DNA of 64,000 nucleotides from Myxococcales bacterium. Its GTDB lineage: Bacteria; Myxococcota_A; Polyangia; Palsa-1104; SHYY01. Within the stretch, counting starts at the first letter, position 1. Each line of letters starts with the position of its first letter. The stretch is taken from the NCBI GenBank assembly GCA_009692555.1, contig SHYY01000007.1, positions 3,259 through 67,258 on the forward strand, written 5' to 3'. The notes under the pieces are model-generated. The model was not told the origin of the DNA, searched no databases, and saw nothing but the letters and a program-made list of their open reading frames with translations. Shown one piece after another: positions 1 through 9,131 of this stretch. Made by a program: the position numbers and the translations under genes.

Positions 1-1190
1 AACGCGACAGGGATGTGCCGGGACGCGCCGACTACTGCGTCTACTGGTTCCGTCGCGCCCACGACCACCTGCCGAAGGGCGCCAGAGCGGGCCTGGTCGG
101 GACCAATGCGATCCGGCAGAACTACTCGCGCGAGGGCGGGCTCGACTACATCGTCGGCAACGGCGGTACGATCACCGAAGCGGTGTCAACCCAGGTCTGG
201 TCGGGCGAGGCGGCTGTTCACGTATCGATCGTCAACTGGGCGAAGGGCAAGGTGCCAGGCAAGAAGCTCCTCACGTGGCAAGAGGGCGATGCAGTCGACA
301 GCCCGTGGGGGAAGGCGAACGTCGATCTCATCAACCCCGCTCTATCGACGGGAATAGACGTCACTGCAGCGAAAACCCTCCGCTCCAACGTCGAGTCGGG
401 CGCCTGCTACCAGGGGCAAACCCATGGCCAGGAAGGATTCCTGCTCGAGCCCGACGAAGCGAAGGCAATGCTCAAGCAGTCAAGAAGAAACCGGGACGTG
501 ATCTTCCCGTTCCTCATCGCCGAGGATCTCATCGGGCGTCGCGATGGCAGCCCGAGTCGCTGGGTGATCGACTTCAACCAGATGGATGTTCACGCTGCTG
601 GTAGCTTCAAGGAGCCCTGCGCAAGGGTGAAAGTCCTGGTGCTTCCTGAGCGGAAGGAGGCGGCCAGGCGAGAGAAAGAGCGAAACGCCGAGGTGGTCTT
701 GGGGAATCCGCAGGCCAAGGTGAACAGGCATCACGCCGTGTTCCTCGACCGATGGTGGCAGCTCTCCTGGGGGCGCGGCGAGATGATCGCGAAGCTGTCG
801 AGCGTGCCCCGCTTCATCGCCTGCGCGCAGGTGACCAAGCGGCCGATCTTTGAATTCATCAGCACGGCCATCCGACCGAACGCCGCGCTGATCGTTTTCC
901 CGCTACCCGACGACACCTCCTTCGGCGTCCTCCAATCCTCTATCCACTGGACCTGGTTCGTCGAGCGCTGCTCAACGCTCACGCGCCGATTCCGCTACAC
1001 CTCCGACACCGTATTCGACTCGTTCCCCTGGCCGCAGGCGCCCACGCTGGCGCAGGCGCGCAAGGTGGCGGAGGCCGCCGTCGACTTGCGCTCGCTGCGC
1101 CAGAAGATGATGAATCAGCACGGTCTCTCCCGGCGCGACCTCTACCGCCAGCTCGAGGAGCCGGGGAAGAGCCCGATCAAGGACGCGTAA
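1..1190 (+). CDS. C-terminal part of an MmeI-like (type IIL/IIG) DNA methyltransferase-restriction protein, target-recognition region; 5' end lies outside the window
   Basis: Motifs ADYCVYWFRRAH, GLVGTNAIRQN, AAVHVSIVNW, FGVLQSSIHWTW and RYTSDTVFDSFPWP are typical of MmeI-family proteins. The frame stops at TAA 1188-1190 but family-like sequence continues in frame. Confidence 0.85.
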   Translation, partial: RDRDVPGRADYCVYWFRRAHDHLPKGARAGLVGTNAIRQNYSREGGLDYIVGNGGTITEAVSTQVWSGEAAVHVSIVNWAKGKVPGKKLLTWQEGDAVDSPWGKANVDLINPALSTGIDVTAAKTLRSNVESGACYQGQTHGQEGFLLEPDEAKAMLKQSRRNRDVIFPFLIAEDLIGRRDGSPSRWVIDFNQMDVHAAGSFKEPCARVKVLVLPERKEAARREKERNAEVVLGNPQAKVNRHHAVFLDRWWQLSWGRGEMIAKLSSVPRFIACAQVTKRPIFEFISTAIRPNAALIVFPLPDDTSFGVLQSSIHWTWFVERCSTLTRRFRYTSDTVFDSFPWPQAPTLAQARKVAEAAVDLRSLRQKMMNQHGLSRRDLYRQLEEPGKSPIKDA

Positions 1191-1607
1191 ACGGGGCTCG
1201 ACGCCGCCGTCCGCGACGCCTACGGCATGAAGACAAAGGACGATGTGCTCTCGTTTTTGCTCGACCTGAACCTGGAGCTCGCAGCGAAGGAAGAAGCGGG
1301 CAAGGACGTGACCGGGCCAGGGCTGCCCCCAAGCGTGACCGACCCCCTCCCCTTCCTCAGCTCCGACTGCGTTCAGCCGCCCACCTTCCCCTCGCGCCCG
1401 GCCCGTCGCGCACTTCGGGTGTCGGAGTGTCCGGCGTGTCCGGTAGCCGGACGCGGTGTCCGACCACCCGGACGGGCGCTGATGCGACCATGCGACCACG
1501 AGGCTGTCTCCACGGGGCCGATGGCAAGGTCGACGGGACCTGCAAGGAGCGGCGGCGGCGTGGCCGGCGGCTGCCTCCGCTCCCTCCCTGTCCGCCAACG
1601 GGCTTGA
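1191..1607 (+). pseudogene. In-frame continuation (C-terminal tail) of the MmeI-like protein beyond a premature TAA
   Basis: Same frame as 15..1190. It reads KDA*TGLDAAVRDAYGMKTKDDVLSFLLDLNLELAAKE..GPGLP, resembling the usual 'LDAAVxxAYG' C-terminus of this family. Confidence 0.7.
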
Positions 1608-1714
1608 GAAACCGGGCGGCCTCTGTAGTTCGACTGTGCGAGTTCAACGTCGGCGTGGACGTTGCGTGGACGAGAACGCGAGAATCTCGCACGGTCGAGG
1701 TAGGCTGCGGGACC

Positions 1715-3097
1715 ATGCGTCGCGTCGCCTTCTCGATGACCATCGATCCCGACGGTGCGATGCACGACTGGGTCGATCTCCCCGATGGCTGGTCGCTGGT
1801 GCGCGTGCCGACGCAGGAGGCGATCCACCTGATCGGAATCACCGCCTACCAGGCGCTGGTGATCGACCTGTGCGCGCGCGAGCGCATCGACGTGCTGGTC
1901 ACCCACCCGCCCTACGACTACCTCTCACCGTCGGTGGCAGAGCGAATTCGCGGGAGCGGGACGCGGATCGTCGGCTACGCCTTCGACGACGAGATCTTCG
2001 CCGCCGGCTACGACGCGTCAACAAGGAGCGCGATCGCGCAGATCTACGACCGCTATGCGACCACGCGCGAGGTTCGCTGGGCGACCGCGCCCCTTCCGGC
2101 TCTCCAGGAGGCGGAGACGGAGTACGACGTGGTGCTGGCGGGGCGAGCCTACGCGCGACGGGAGGCGATGGTGGCTGCGCTGAGAGCAGCCGGCCTGCGG
2201 GTGGCGGTGCGTGGCCACGGGTGGCCCGAGGGGTTCGCCTCGCGCGCCGAGATGTGCGCGCTCTACGCCCGCGCCGCGGTGGTCCTCACGACCGCCGACT
2301 GGGAGAGCCGCGCGGTGCCGATGGTCAAGCACCGGCTCCTCGATGCGGCGATGCTCGGGGCCTTCCAGGTGGCGCAGGAGGCGCCCGATCTGCGCGCCTA
2401 CTTCTCCGTCGATGAAGTCCCCTCGTTCGCCGATGCCGGGGAGCTGATCGCAAGGGTGCGCGAGGCGCTGGCAGATCCCGAGGGACGGCGAAAACGAGCG
2501 CTCGCCGCGCGCCAACGCGCCCTCGCGGAGCACACCTGGCAACACCGCTTTCTCGAGCTGATCGCGCCGCTCGCGCTGGGTCCCGAGCGGCCACCACCAG
2601 CGACGGAGGAGCGCTCGCTGCTCCTCGATCAGCTCCTGTGCGCGCTCGCCTCGCGCGCCGAGAGCACGGGACGTCCCGGGGCGGCGGCGGCGCTCTACCG
2701 CGAGCGGCTCGTGCGCGACGCCACCGACGCGGGCGTGGCTGCCGGCCTCGGGCGCTGCCTGCGCGATCTCGACCAGCCCGACGTTGCCCTGCCCTGGCTG
2801 CGCGCAGCCGCGGCGGCCGACTACCCGACCTGCGCCGCCGCGGTCCACGCCACCGTCCCGTCGTTTGGGGTCGGCACCGGCCTCGGGCGTCTCGGGCTCC
2901 TCCCGCCCGCCGTCGAGCCCACCGTCTTCCTGATCGCGACGCTGGTGGAGATCGGGCGCCCCGACGAGGCGGCGGCAGTCCTCGACGCGATCGCCGCCCC
3001 GCTCACCGCGCGCGCCGTGGCGGCGACGATCACCATCGGTGACGACGGGACCGAGCCGCTGCGGGCAGCACTCGCGCGCGCCCTGACACGTCAGTGA
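1715..3097 (+). CDS. CgeB/YkvP-like glycosyltransferase with a C-terminal TPR-like region
   Basis: YDVVLAGRAY..RRE, MVKHRLLDAAMLGAFQV and AEHTWQHRF match the Glyco_trans_1_2 pattern. ATG 1715 was chosen over the ORF-track start at 1427. Confidence 0.75.
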   Translation: MRRVAFSMTIDPDGAMHDWVDLPDGWSLVRVPTQEAIHLIGITAYQALVIDLCARERIDVLVTHPPYDYLSPSVAERIRGSGTRIVGYAFDDEIFAAGYDASTRSAIAQIYDRYATTREVRWATAPLPALQEAETEYDVVLAGRAYARREAMVAALRAAGLRVAVRGHGWPEGFASRAEMCALYARAAVVLTTADWESRAVPMVKHRLLDAAMLGAFQVAQEAPDLRAYFSVDEVPSFADAGELIARVREALADPEGRRKRALAARQRALAEHTWQHRFLELIAPLALGPERPPPATEERSLLLDQLLCALASRAESTGRPGAAAALYRERLVRDATDAGVAAGLGRCLRDLDQPDVALPWLRAAAAADYPTCAAAVHATVPSFGVGTGLGRLGLLPPAVEPTVFLIATLVEIGRPDEAAAVLDAIAAPLTARAVAATITIGDDGTEPLRAALARALTRQ

Positions 3098-3125
3098 GAA
3101 CGACCACTCGACGGGCCAGATTCGT

Positions 3126-3172
3126 TCCGTTGCCGTCCAGTGCCGTTGCCGTTGCCGTTGCCGTTGCCGTCG
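3126..3172. repeat. Intergenic hexamer microsatellite (TGCCGT)n
   Basis: Tandem tgccgt units are read directly in the sequence. Confidence 0.9.
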
Positions 3173-3329
3173 CGGCGTGAACCTCCTCCGACGGTCGGAA
3201 ATGCGACAAGGGTGTCCGGAAATCACCACCTACGGTGATCGCGTAGCAGCGAACTATATGATGTTGCTGCCATCGTGGGCGCTGGCCCTGCCATTGCTGT
3301 GCGCTGCGCCCAAAATCTGGAGGTTCCCC

Positions 3330-5084
3330 ATGCGACACCTGACCCTTCTCGCCGCCGGAGCGATCGCCGCTTCTCTCGGCGGCGCCTCGACAGCCCGCGC
3401 GTGCGGCTGCTTCACCCCGCCCGATCCGACGGTGAACGTGGTCCAGGCGGGCGAGCAGATCGTGTTCGCCGCGGACGGAAAGCAGGTGGTCGCGCACATC
3501 CGGATCCAGTACTCGGGCGACGCCAGGGACTTCGGGTGGCTGGTGCCGCTGCCGTCGGTGCCGAAGGTCGGGCTGTCGACCGAGGAGCTGTTCGAGAAGA
3601 GCCAGGACCGGACCCAGCCGCGCTACCGCCTGCGCACCGTGCGCGAGGCCTGCATGGGCCGCTCCGGGACAGTGAGCGAGTCGAGCGGCGGGGGGGGCTG
3701 CGGCGGCCTCTCCGGGGACTCCGCGGGCACCTGGGCCCCGGACACGGCCGGCGACTCGGGGATGAAGGAGATGATGCCGAACCCGGCGGTGGTCGCCGAG
3801 GACAGCATCGGCCCCTACGAGTACGCCGTGCTGAAGGCCGACAACCGCACCGAGATGCTCGCCTGGCTCACCAAGAACCACTACTACGTGCCGTCGACCA
3901 ACAGCGACGTGATCGCCCCCTACCTCCACCCGGGCGCCTATTTCCTCGCGCTCAAGCTCAAGTCCGGCAAGACGGCGGGCGACATCCAGCCCATCGCGCT
4001 GACCTACGACTCCGACCTGCCGATGATCCCGATCGTGCTCACCTCCGTCGGTGCGGAGGAGAACATGGGCATCCAGGTGTTCGTTCTCGGACGCGCTCGC
4101 GCCATCCCGCGCAACTACCACCACACCGTGCTCGACGACCTGGCGCTCGACTGGACCGGCAGCATCAACTACCAGGCGATGATCGTGCGCGCGGCGCGCG
4201 AGGCCCCGAAGCACCACACCTTCGTCACCGAGTACGCCGGGCCGAGCACGGTGGCGTGGGACGCGCTGGCCCCGGCGGGACGGTTCGGCGATCCGGCCGA
4301 CCTCAGGCGCCTCACCGACGCTGCCGACTACGTGGAGTACCTCCAGAAGCACGGCTATCCGTTCAAGACCACGCTCTACACCCTCCTCGAACGCTTTCTT
4401 CCGCCCCCGAAGGCGGTGGTGGAGGCGGGGATCAGCAAGGCGCTCTTCTACGCCAATATCCGCAAGTACCTCGGCTCGTGGGTTGCGCCCGGCAGCGACG
4501 GGGGCGTGCCCGATGGAGGGGTGCGGATCGCGTTCGATCCGGCGGCCCTCACCGGCGAGATCGAGGCGCGGATCATCGTGCCGACGCGCGCCGCCGAGAA
4601 GCTGTTCCACGACTACCCGACGCTGACCCGGCTCTACACCACGCTCTCGCCGGTGGACATGACCGAGGACCCGGTGTTCAGCTTCAACCCCGATCTCCCG
4701 GAGGTCTCCGCCATCCACGGCGCGACGCTCACCTTTCCCTGCGGCGGCACCGCCTGGCTGAGCGCGCAGGGGATCGAGATGACCTATCCCGGGGGCAGGG
4801 CGCCGAGCCCGCTCCCGTCGCTGCCGGCGAGCCTGCGGATCGAGATCCTGCGCGAGGAGGGGCAGCCGATGGTGCTGACCGACAACGCGAAGCTGATCGA
4901 CGCTGCGCTCCCGCCGGTCGATCACACGGTCCAGATGGCGGACCCGAACACCGGCACGAAAGACAGCTCCAGCCGCCCGGGCTGCACCTGCAGCGTGCGC
5001 TCGCGGCGCCAGCTCGGCTTCGACTTCGCGACCCTTCTGCTGGTCGCCGGCGCGCTCGCGCTCACCCGCCGCCGCCGTCGCTGA
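3330..5084 (+). CDS. DUF2330-domain secreted protein with a MYXO-CTERM-like C-terminal sorting signal
   Basis: Signal peptide, ACGCF..VVQAGEQIVF, FGWLVPLPSVP and PMIPIVLTSVGA are present. The tail is GCTC-x-hydrophobic helix-RRRRR. GGAGG RBS precedes ATG 3330. Confidence 0.85.
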   Translation: MRHLTLLAAGAIAASLGGASTARACGCFTPPDPTVNVVQAGEQIVFAADGKQVVAHIRIQYSGDARDFGWLVPLPSVPKVGLSTEELFEKSQDRTQPRYRLRTVREACMGRSGTVSESSGGGGCGGLSGDSAGTWAPDTAGDSGMKEMMPNPAVVAEDSIGPYEYAVLKADNRTEMLAWLTKNHYYVPSTNSDVIAPYLHPGAYFLALKLKSGKTAGDIQPIALTYDSDLPMIPIVLTSVGAEENMGIQVFVLGRARAIPRNYHHTVLDDLALDWTGSINYQAMIVRAAREAPKHHTFVTEYAGPSTVAWDALAPAGRFGDPADLRRLTDAADYVEYLQKHGYPFKTTLYTLLERFLPPPKAVVEAGISKALFYANIRKYLGSWVAPGSDGGVPDGGVRIAFDPAALTGEIEARIIVPTRAAEKLFHDYPTLTRLYTTLSPVDMTEDPVFSFNPDLPEVSAIHGATLTFPCGGTAWLSAQGIEMTYPGGRAPSPLPSLPASLRIEILREEGQPMVLTDNAKLIDAALPPVDHTVQMADPNTGTKDSSSRPGCTCSVRSRRQLGFDFATLLLVAGALALTRRRRR

Positions 5085-5096
5085 GGGCTCGATTGC

Positions 5097-5465
5097 CTAG
5101 CGAGGAAGTGCGTCGAGCGCGCCGGGACGGAGGACCCGCTGGACGCCCTCCCACACGTCGAGAATTCGTCTCGGGGTGAGTCGCCCAAGCTTCTCGATCA
5201 CGTCGCTCCGATCGATCGATGCGATCTGGGTCACGTTCACGACCGATGGGCGGGGAACGCCGCCCTCCCCCCTGGCCAGCCGCACATTGCCAGGCAGGGC
5301 GGCGTACTTGAGGTTCGACGTGATCGCGGCGACCACCACGGTGCCGAGGCGAGAACGGTTGAAGCGGTCGTGCTGGAGCACCACCGCCGGCCGCCTGCCG
5401 GCAGGCGCTGAGCCACGCGCGGGAGGGAGGTCTACCCAGACGATGTCCCCCTGCTCGATCACCAC
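5097..5465 (-). CDS. mazF: MazF/PemK family endoribonuclease toxin
   Basis: QGDIVWVDL...GRRPAVVLQHD..N, VVVAAITSN and SVVNVTQIASID are PemK-fold motifs. The gene overlaps the antitoxin stop codon. Confidence 0.92.
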   Translation of the reverse strand: MVIEQGDIVWVDLPPARGSAPAGRRPAVVLQHDRFNRSRLGTVVVAAITSNLKYAALPGNVRLARGEGGVPRPSVVNVTQIASIDRSDVIEKLGRLTPRRILDVWEGVQRVLRPGALDALPR

Positions 5466-5713
5466 TCCCAGCCCTCCCGTGGCACTTTCTTGCGGAAGGC
5501 GGCGGCCGTCGCGCGCTGCTCTCCGGCGACGTCGGGGTCGGCGAACAGCTGGTTCACCCGGCGGGTAATCTCCCGGTCCGATCGCGCGCGGGCGACCCGC
5601 CGAAGCACGTCGGCGACGAAGCCGCTCCGGGTGGTCCGGAGTCCCGCGGCCGCTCGGTCGACCTCCTTCATCACCTCTTCGGGCACCGAAATCGCAAACT
5701 TCCTGACCGCCAT
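5459..5713 (-). CDS. Ribbon-helix-helix (CopG-like) antitoxin
   Basis: KFAISVPEEVMKEVDRAA..TRSGFVADVLR fits an RHH pattern. It sits directly upstream of mazF, with a GAGGAG RBS. Confidence 0.85.
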   Translation of the reverse strand: MAVRKFAISVPEEVMKEVDRAAAGLRTTRSGFVADVLRRVARARSDREITRRVNQLFADPDVAGEQRATAAAFRKKVPREGWEW

Positions 5714-5723
5714 GTCGTCTCCT

Positions 5724-5766
5724 CGGTATTCTCGGACGAGAATACCGTGGCGAGCTGTCACGTCAA
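5724..5766 (-). promoter_or_regulatory. sigma70-like promoter (TTGACG-16-TATTCT) with an overlapping perfect 10-bp inverted-repeat operator
   Basis: CGGTATTCTC-GGAC-GAGAATACCG at 5724-5747; -35 at 5761-5766 and -10 at 5739-5744 on the minus strand. Confidence 0.7.
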
Positions 5767-5800
5767 GCCGCCCGCCGGCGCCCGCCCTGCCGGCGGCGAG

Positions 5801-5952
5801 TTGCCGTTGCCGTCGCCGTCGCCGTCGCCGTACCGTCGCCGTCGCCGTCGCCGTACCGTCGCCGTACCGTCGCCCTTGCCGTTCCCGTTTCCGTTGTCGC
5901 CGTTGCCGTTCCCGAACCGTTCCCGTTGCGGTTGCGTCTCGGTTTCCGTGCC
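5801..5952. repeat. Degenerate hexamer repeat tract (CCGTYG/CCGTTC/CCGTAC)
   Basis: About 150 bp of imperfect ccgtcg/ccgttg/ccgttc units lie between the TA promoter and the downstream gene stop. Confidence 0.85.
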
Positions 5953-5956
5953 GCAG

Positions 5957-7237
5957 CTACTTCTTCGCCGGGGGGACGGGCGCAACGGGCGGTGGGCTCG
6001 CCGCGCCCTTCGCGGGAGCCGCGGGACCCGGGGTCGGTGCCGCCTGCGCGCCCTGGACGGGAGCGGGCTTTTGCGGCGGCGGCGCGGGGCGCGGGATGAG
6101 GTCGAAGATCTCCATCTCCGGGCCGCCGCGGGCGAAGCCCTTGTGCTTGCGCAGGATCCCGATCCGGTTGCCCGCGAGGCGCCAGCTCGAGGGGCGCTTC
6201 AGCCCGGCGATGCGCGCCAGCGACACCAGGCGGCGCTCCTTCACGTCGAGCTTGTAGAGGTCGAGCCAGTCCTGGTCGGCCTTCTCTGCGCGCACCGCGT
6301 CGGGGTTGACCGGATCGACGGTCAGCGAGAGCGCGAGCAGGCCCGGGGCGAGGTGCTGGGAGGCGAGCGTGGTGGGGTCGTACTTGTGGAGCGGCTGCGG
6401 TGTCTTCAGCTCGCTGACCCGATCCTCGCGGTCGTAGAGCAGGAGCTTGCGGAGATCGTCGCTGAACTGCACGAAGTCGGCCTCGTTCTGGTGCTTCTGC
6501 CGGATCTGGGTGAGCGTCGCCCAGGCGATCACATCCGGGATCTCGCGCTCTTCGAGAATCTTGCCGCCGAAGACATCGACCCGCGACGCGGCGTCGGGTT
6601 TGCGGATGTCCTTCTGGGCGTCGAAGTCGCCCTCCTTCTGCGCGACCAGCGTGGCGTATCCGTCGGCGAAGAAGAGCACCTTGAAGCGCTTGCCGGCGAC
6701 GCTGATCCGTCCGTCGGCGTCCTCGGGGAAGGCCTTCCTGGCGAGCGGCTTGCCGTCGCTGCGTCGCAGCGCGGTGAAGGTGTGGATCTGAACCGGGCCC
6801 TTCGGCGAGCGCAGGTAGCTGACGATCGCGGGCGTGCCAGCGACGGTGGCGAGGGCGATCTCCTGGGCCGGGCCGAGCTTCTCCTTCGCCAGGCCCTGGC
6901 GGGTGAAGATCTGCCCGCGGGCGAGCCGCGTCTCCGGATTGCGCTCCACCACCAGCACGCGCTCCCCGTCGAGGAAGTCGATCCGCTCCGGGGTGATCGA
7001 CGGGTACTTCACCGCCACCTCGGGCACCTTGCCCCCGGGCACGACGAAGTGCAGCTTCGAGGCCGTCGCCCCGTCGGTGGTGATGAACGCGAGCAGGTTG
7101 CCGTCGTCGCTGAAGGCGAACGGGTCGTCGATGAACCCGCTCTCCGCCTTGACCGTGTCGATCTTCTCCGGCGGGGCCGCCCCCGCGAGGCCGGCCACAC
7201 CGACGAGAACGGCGATCGCGCGCACTGTCTGTCGCAT
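5957..7237 (-). CDS. Secreted hypothetical protein, probably beta-rich/propeller-like, with a Pro/Ala-rich tail
   Basis: Signal peptide MRQTVRAIAVLVGVAGLAGAA, GC3-biased codons, and a DPFAFSDDGNLLAF propeller-like blade. Confidence 0.7.
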   Translation of the reverse strand: MRQTVRAIAVLVGVAGLAGAAPPEKIDTVKAESGFIDDPFAFSDDGNLLAFITTDGATASKLHFVVPGGKVPEVAVKYPSITPERIDFLDGERVLVVERNPETRLARGQIFTRQGLAKEKLGPAQEIALATVAGTPAIVSYLRSPKGPVQIHTFTALRRSDGKPLARKAFPEDADGRISVAGKRFKVLFFADGYATLVAQKEGDFDAQKDIRKPDAASRVDVFGGKILEEREIPDVIAWATLTQIRQKHQNEADFVQFSDDLRKLLLYDREDRVSELKTPQPLHKYDPTTLASQHLAPGLLALSLTVDPVNPDAVRAEKADQDWLDLYKLDVKERRLVSLARIAGLKRPSSWRLAGNRIGILRKHKGFARGGPEMEIFDLIPRPAPPPQKPAPVQGAQAAPTPGPAAPAKGAASPPPVAPVPPAKK

Positions 7238-7301
7238 GGCGTATGCGGTACTCCAGCAGGTCATGCGGGTCAAGGCGCGGTGGCTCTGCTACCGTGGGCC
7301 C

Positions 7302-7916
7302 ATGCGTTCAAGCACCCTCCTCCCCGCGCTCCTTTTCGCCCTGGCGCCCGTTGCCCACGCCGGCCTGCCCCCCGAGGCGACCGCCCCCGCCGCGCCGCCG
7401 CTGACCGTCACCCTGGTCCAGAAGACCAAGCTTCGCCTGGTGCGCTTCGTCCCGAGCAAGGCGGTCGCGCTCGACGGGATCCTGGAGGCGACGATCGCGA
7501 ACCCGTCGGCGCAGCCGGTGAGGGTGCGCGATCTCGAGGTCCACGGCGTCCTGTTCAGCAATCGCAAGGGCGGCGCGACGCGGGTGATCACCCACTCCTG
7601 CAAGTGCGTCAAGGACGCGGCGGAGCCTGCGAAGGCGTCGGTGGAGATCGAAGCCGGCGCGTCGCGGAAGGTGCTGATCGACGAGTGGGGCTGCGGCGGA
7701 GGGATGTGGCCGGCCCCACCGCCGGGAAGCTGGTCGGTGGTCTACCGCGTCCTCGCCGCGCCGGCCGCCGTGGCCGCCCCGAACCACGATTCCCCGTCGA
7801 AGATCACCGACGCCTGCCGCCGCGACTTCGACTCCCCGGCCTTCTGGGAGGACGCGGTCTCCTCGGCGCCGCTCGAGATCACCCTCAAGAAGGCGGTGCC
7901 GGTGAAGCCGCGTTAG
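7302..7916 (+). CDS. Secreted hypothetical protein
   Basis: Signal peptide MRSSTLLPALLFALAPVAHA and coding-like codon usage. Confidence 0.7.
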   Translation: MRSSTLLPALLFALAPVAHAGLPPEATAPAAPPLTVTLVQKTKLRLVRFVPSKAVALDGILEATIANPSAQPVRVRDLEVHGVLFSNRKGGATRVITHSCKCVKDAAEPAKASVEIEAGASRKVLIDEWGCGGGMWPAPPPGSWSVVYRVLAAPAAVAAPNHDSPSKITDACRRDFDSPAFWEDAVSSAPLEITLKKAVPVKPR

Positions 7917-8287
7917 TCCGTTCGGCCGGGACGATCGTCCGCGACGAAGCCCTTGGCGAGGAGGGACTGCTTCGCGATTCGCGCGAGAAGCTCGCGAATC
8001 ATCATTCCACGAGGACGGAACGGAGGTGCTCGATCGTCGCCAGCGCGGACGGTGAAGTAAGTCCAGGGGGCGTTTCGGTGAGGTCGATCCACAGCGACCA
8101 CAGCGTATCGGAGACGGTCAGCGGCGAGTTTGGCAATTGGGGTCGAGGCATCGGAGCCACCCATCGTGATCGTAGGTCGGCGGCGCGAGCAAGTCTCTTG
8201 CGCGTCGATCGGCATCCGTGTGCTGGTCGGCCCCTTAGTTTAGTCCGTTCCCCCGGCTGCTCGCTCTTCGTCTACTCTGGTTCGCGC

Positions 8288-9115
8288 ATGCGCATGAAGC
8301 CTCGCTCCACCCGCCTCGTCGCCGCCGTCCTCCTCGCCGCCGCCGTCCCGGGGTGCACGCCCAGCGCGCCGGCGGAGCTGAACCAGGTGACCGGGTACCT
8401 GTTTCGCGAATGGGACAATCCGGACCGCGCGGTGATGCGCGCCGGCCTCGACTCGCTGGAGAAGCTGCTCGCCGCCAAGAAGCTCGGACCCGACGGCGCG
8501 GGCGATGATCGCCTGCTCCGCCTCGACCCGTTCCGGCGCGAGTACATCACCGTCACCCCGCTCCCGATGGATCGCGATCCGCAAAAGACGCTCGGCATCG
8601 CGGTGACGCGCGAGAGCAAATGGCCGGTGATCGACTTCGCGCGCGTGCAGGCCGACAAGGATCAGCTCGCCGTCGAGCCAAGCGCCACCGCCTACGCCCG
8701 CACCTTCGTCGAGCCGGCCGACCCGGCGTGCTTCCTGGTCGACGCCGCCTGCGCCACCCTCCGCACCTCCAACGAGCTGACCCGCTCGAACGCCACGCTG
8801 AAGCTCACCTACACGCTCCTGAAGGACTTCCGCTGGTTCGATTTCGCCGACGGGCGGCGGGCGCTGGTGGGGCGCTCGTGGGCCCCGCGCTCGGCGAGCG
8901 GGGAGACCGGCACGCTCTTCCAGTCGTTCACCGTCGACGCCTTCCTAGGGCGCCCCGGGGGATCGACCTGGCGCTACCAGGCCACCTTCAGCGAGACCGA
9001 GCTCGGCATCTCCACCACCGACGATATCCAGGTCTCGGTGATCGCCGGCGCCATCGACGAGGCGTTCAAGAAGGCCGACCGGGTGATCAGCGAGCGCTAC
9101 CACGGGGGGATGTAG
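8288..9115 (+). CDS. Putative lipoprotein
   Basis: MKPRSTRLVAAVLLAAAVPGC lipobox-like signal. This is the 3' part of the long ORF 5747..9115. Confidence 0.75.
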   Translation: MRMKPRSTRLVAAVLLAAAVPGCTPSAPAELNQVTGYLFREWDNPDRAVMRAGLDSLEKLLAAKKLGPDGAGDDRLLRLDPFRREYITVTPLPMDRDPQKTLGIAVTRESKWPVIDFARVQADKDQLAVEPSATAYARTFVEPADPACFLVDAACATLRTSNELTRSNATLKLTYTLLKDFRWFDFADGRRALVGRSWAPRSASGETGTLFQSFTVDAFLGRPGGSTWRYQATFSETELGISTTDDIQVSVIAGAIDEAFKKADRVISERYHGGM

Positions 9116-9131
9116 CGGGCCGTTCGGGGGA

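Noticed and set aside
1188-1190. Genetic-code reassignment or programmed read-through explaining the in-frame stops at 1188 and 18784
   Set aside because: TAA and TAG terminate many intact genes in the window, and the two stops are different codons.
1410-1475. Clustered GTGTCCG motifs and an imperfect hairpin after the MmeI-like gene
   Set aside because: Short and GC-rich with bulged pairing, so not distinguishable from chance without genome-wide counts.
5801-5952. Possible CRISPR array or coding repeat
   Set aside because: Units are 6-bp degenerate microsatellites with no unique spacers and no cas genes.
7913-8215. 100-aa minus-strand ORF in a lower-GC gap
   Set aside because: No motif, weak codon bias and no clear RBS. 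It may be a remnant, but I cannot support a call.
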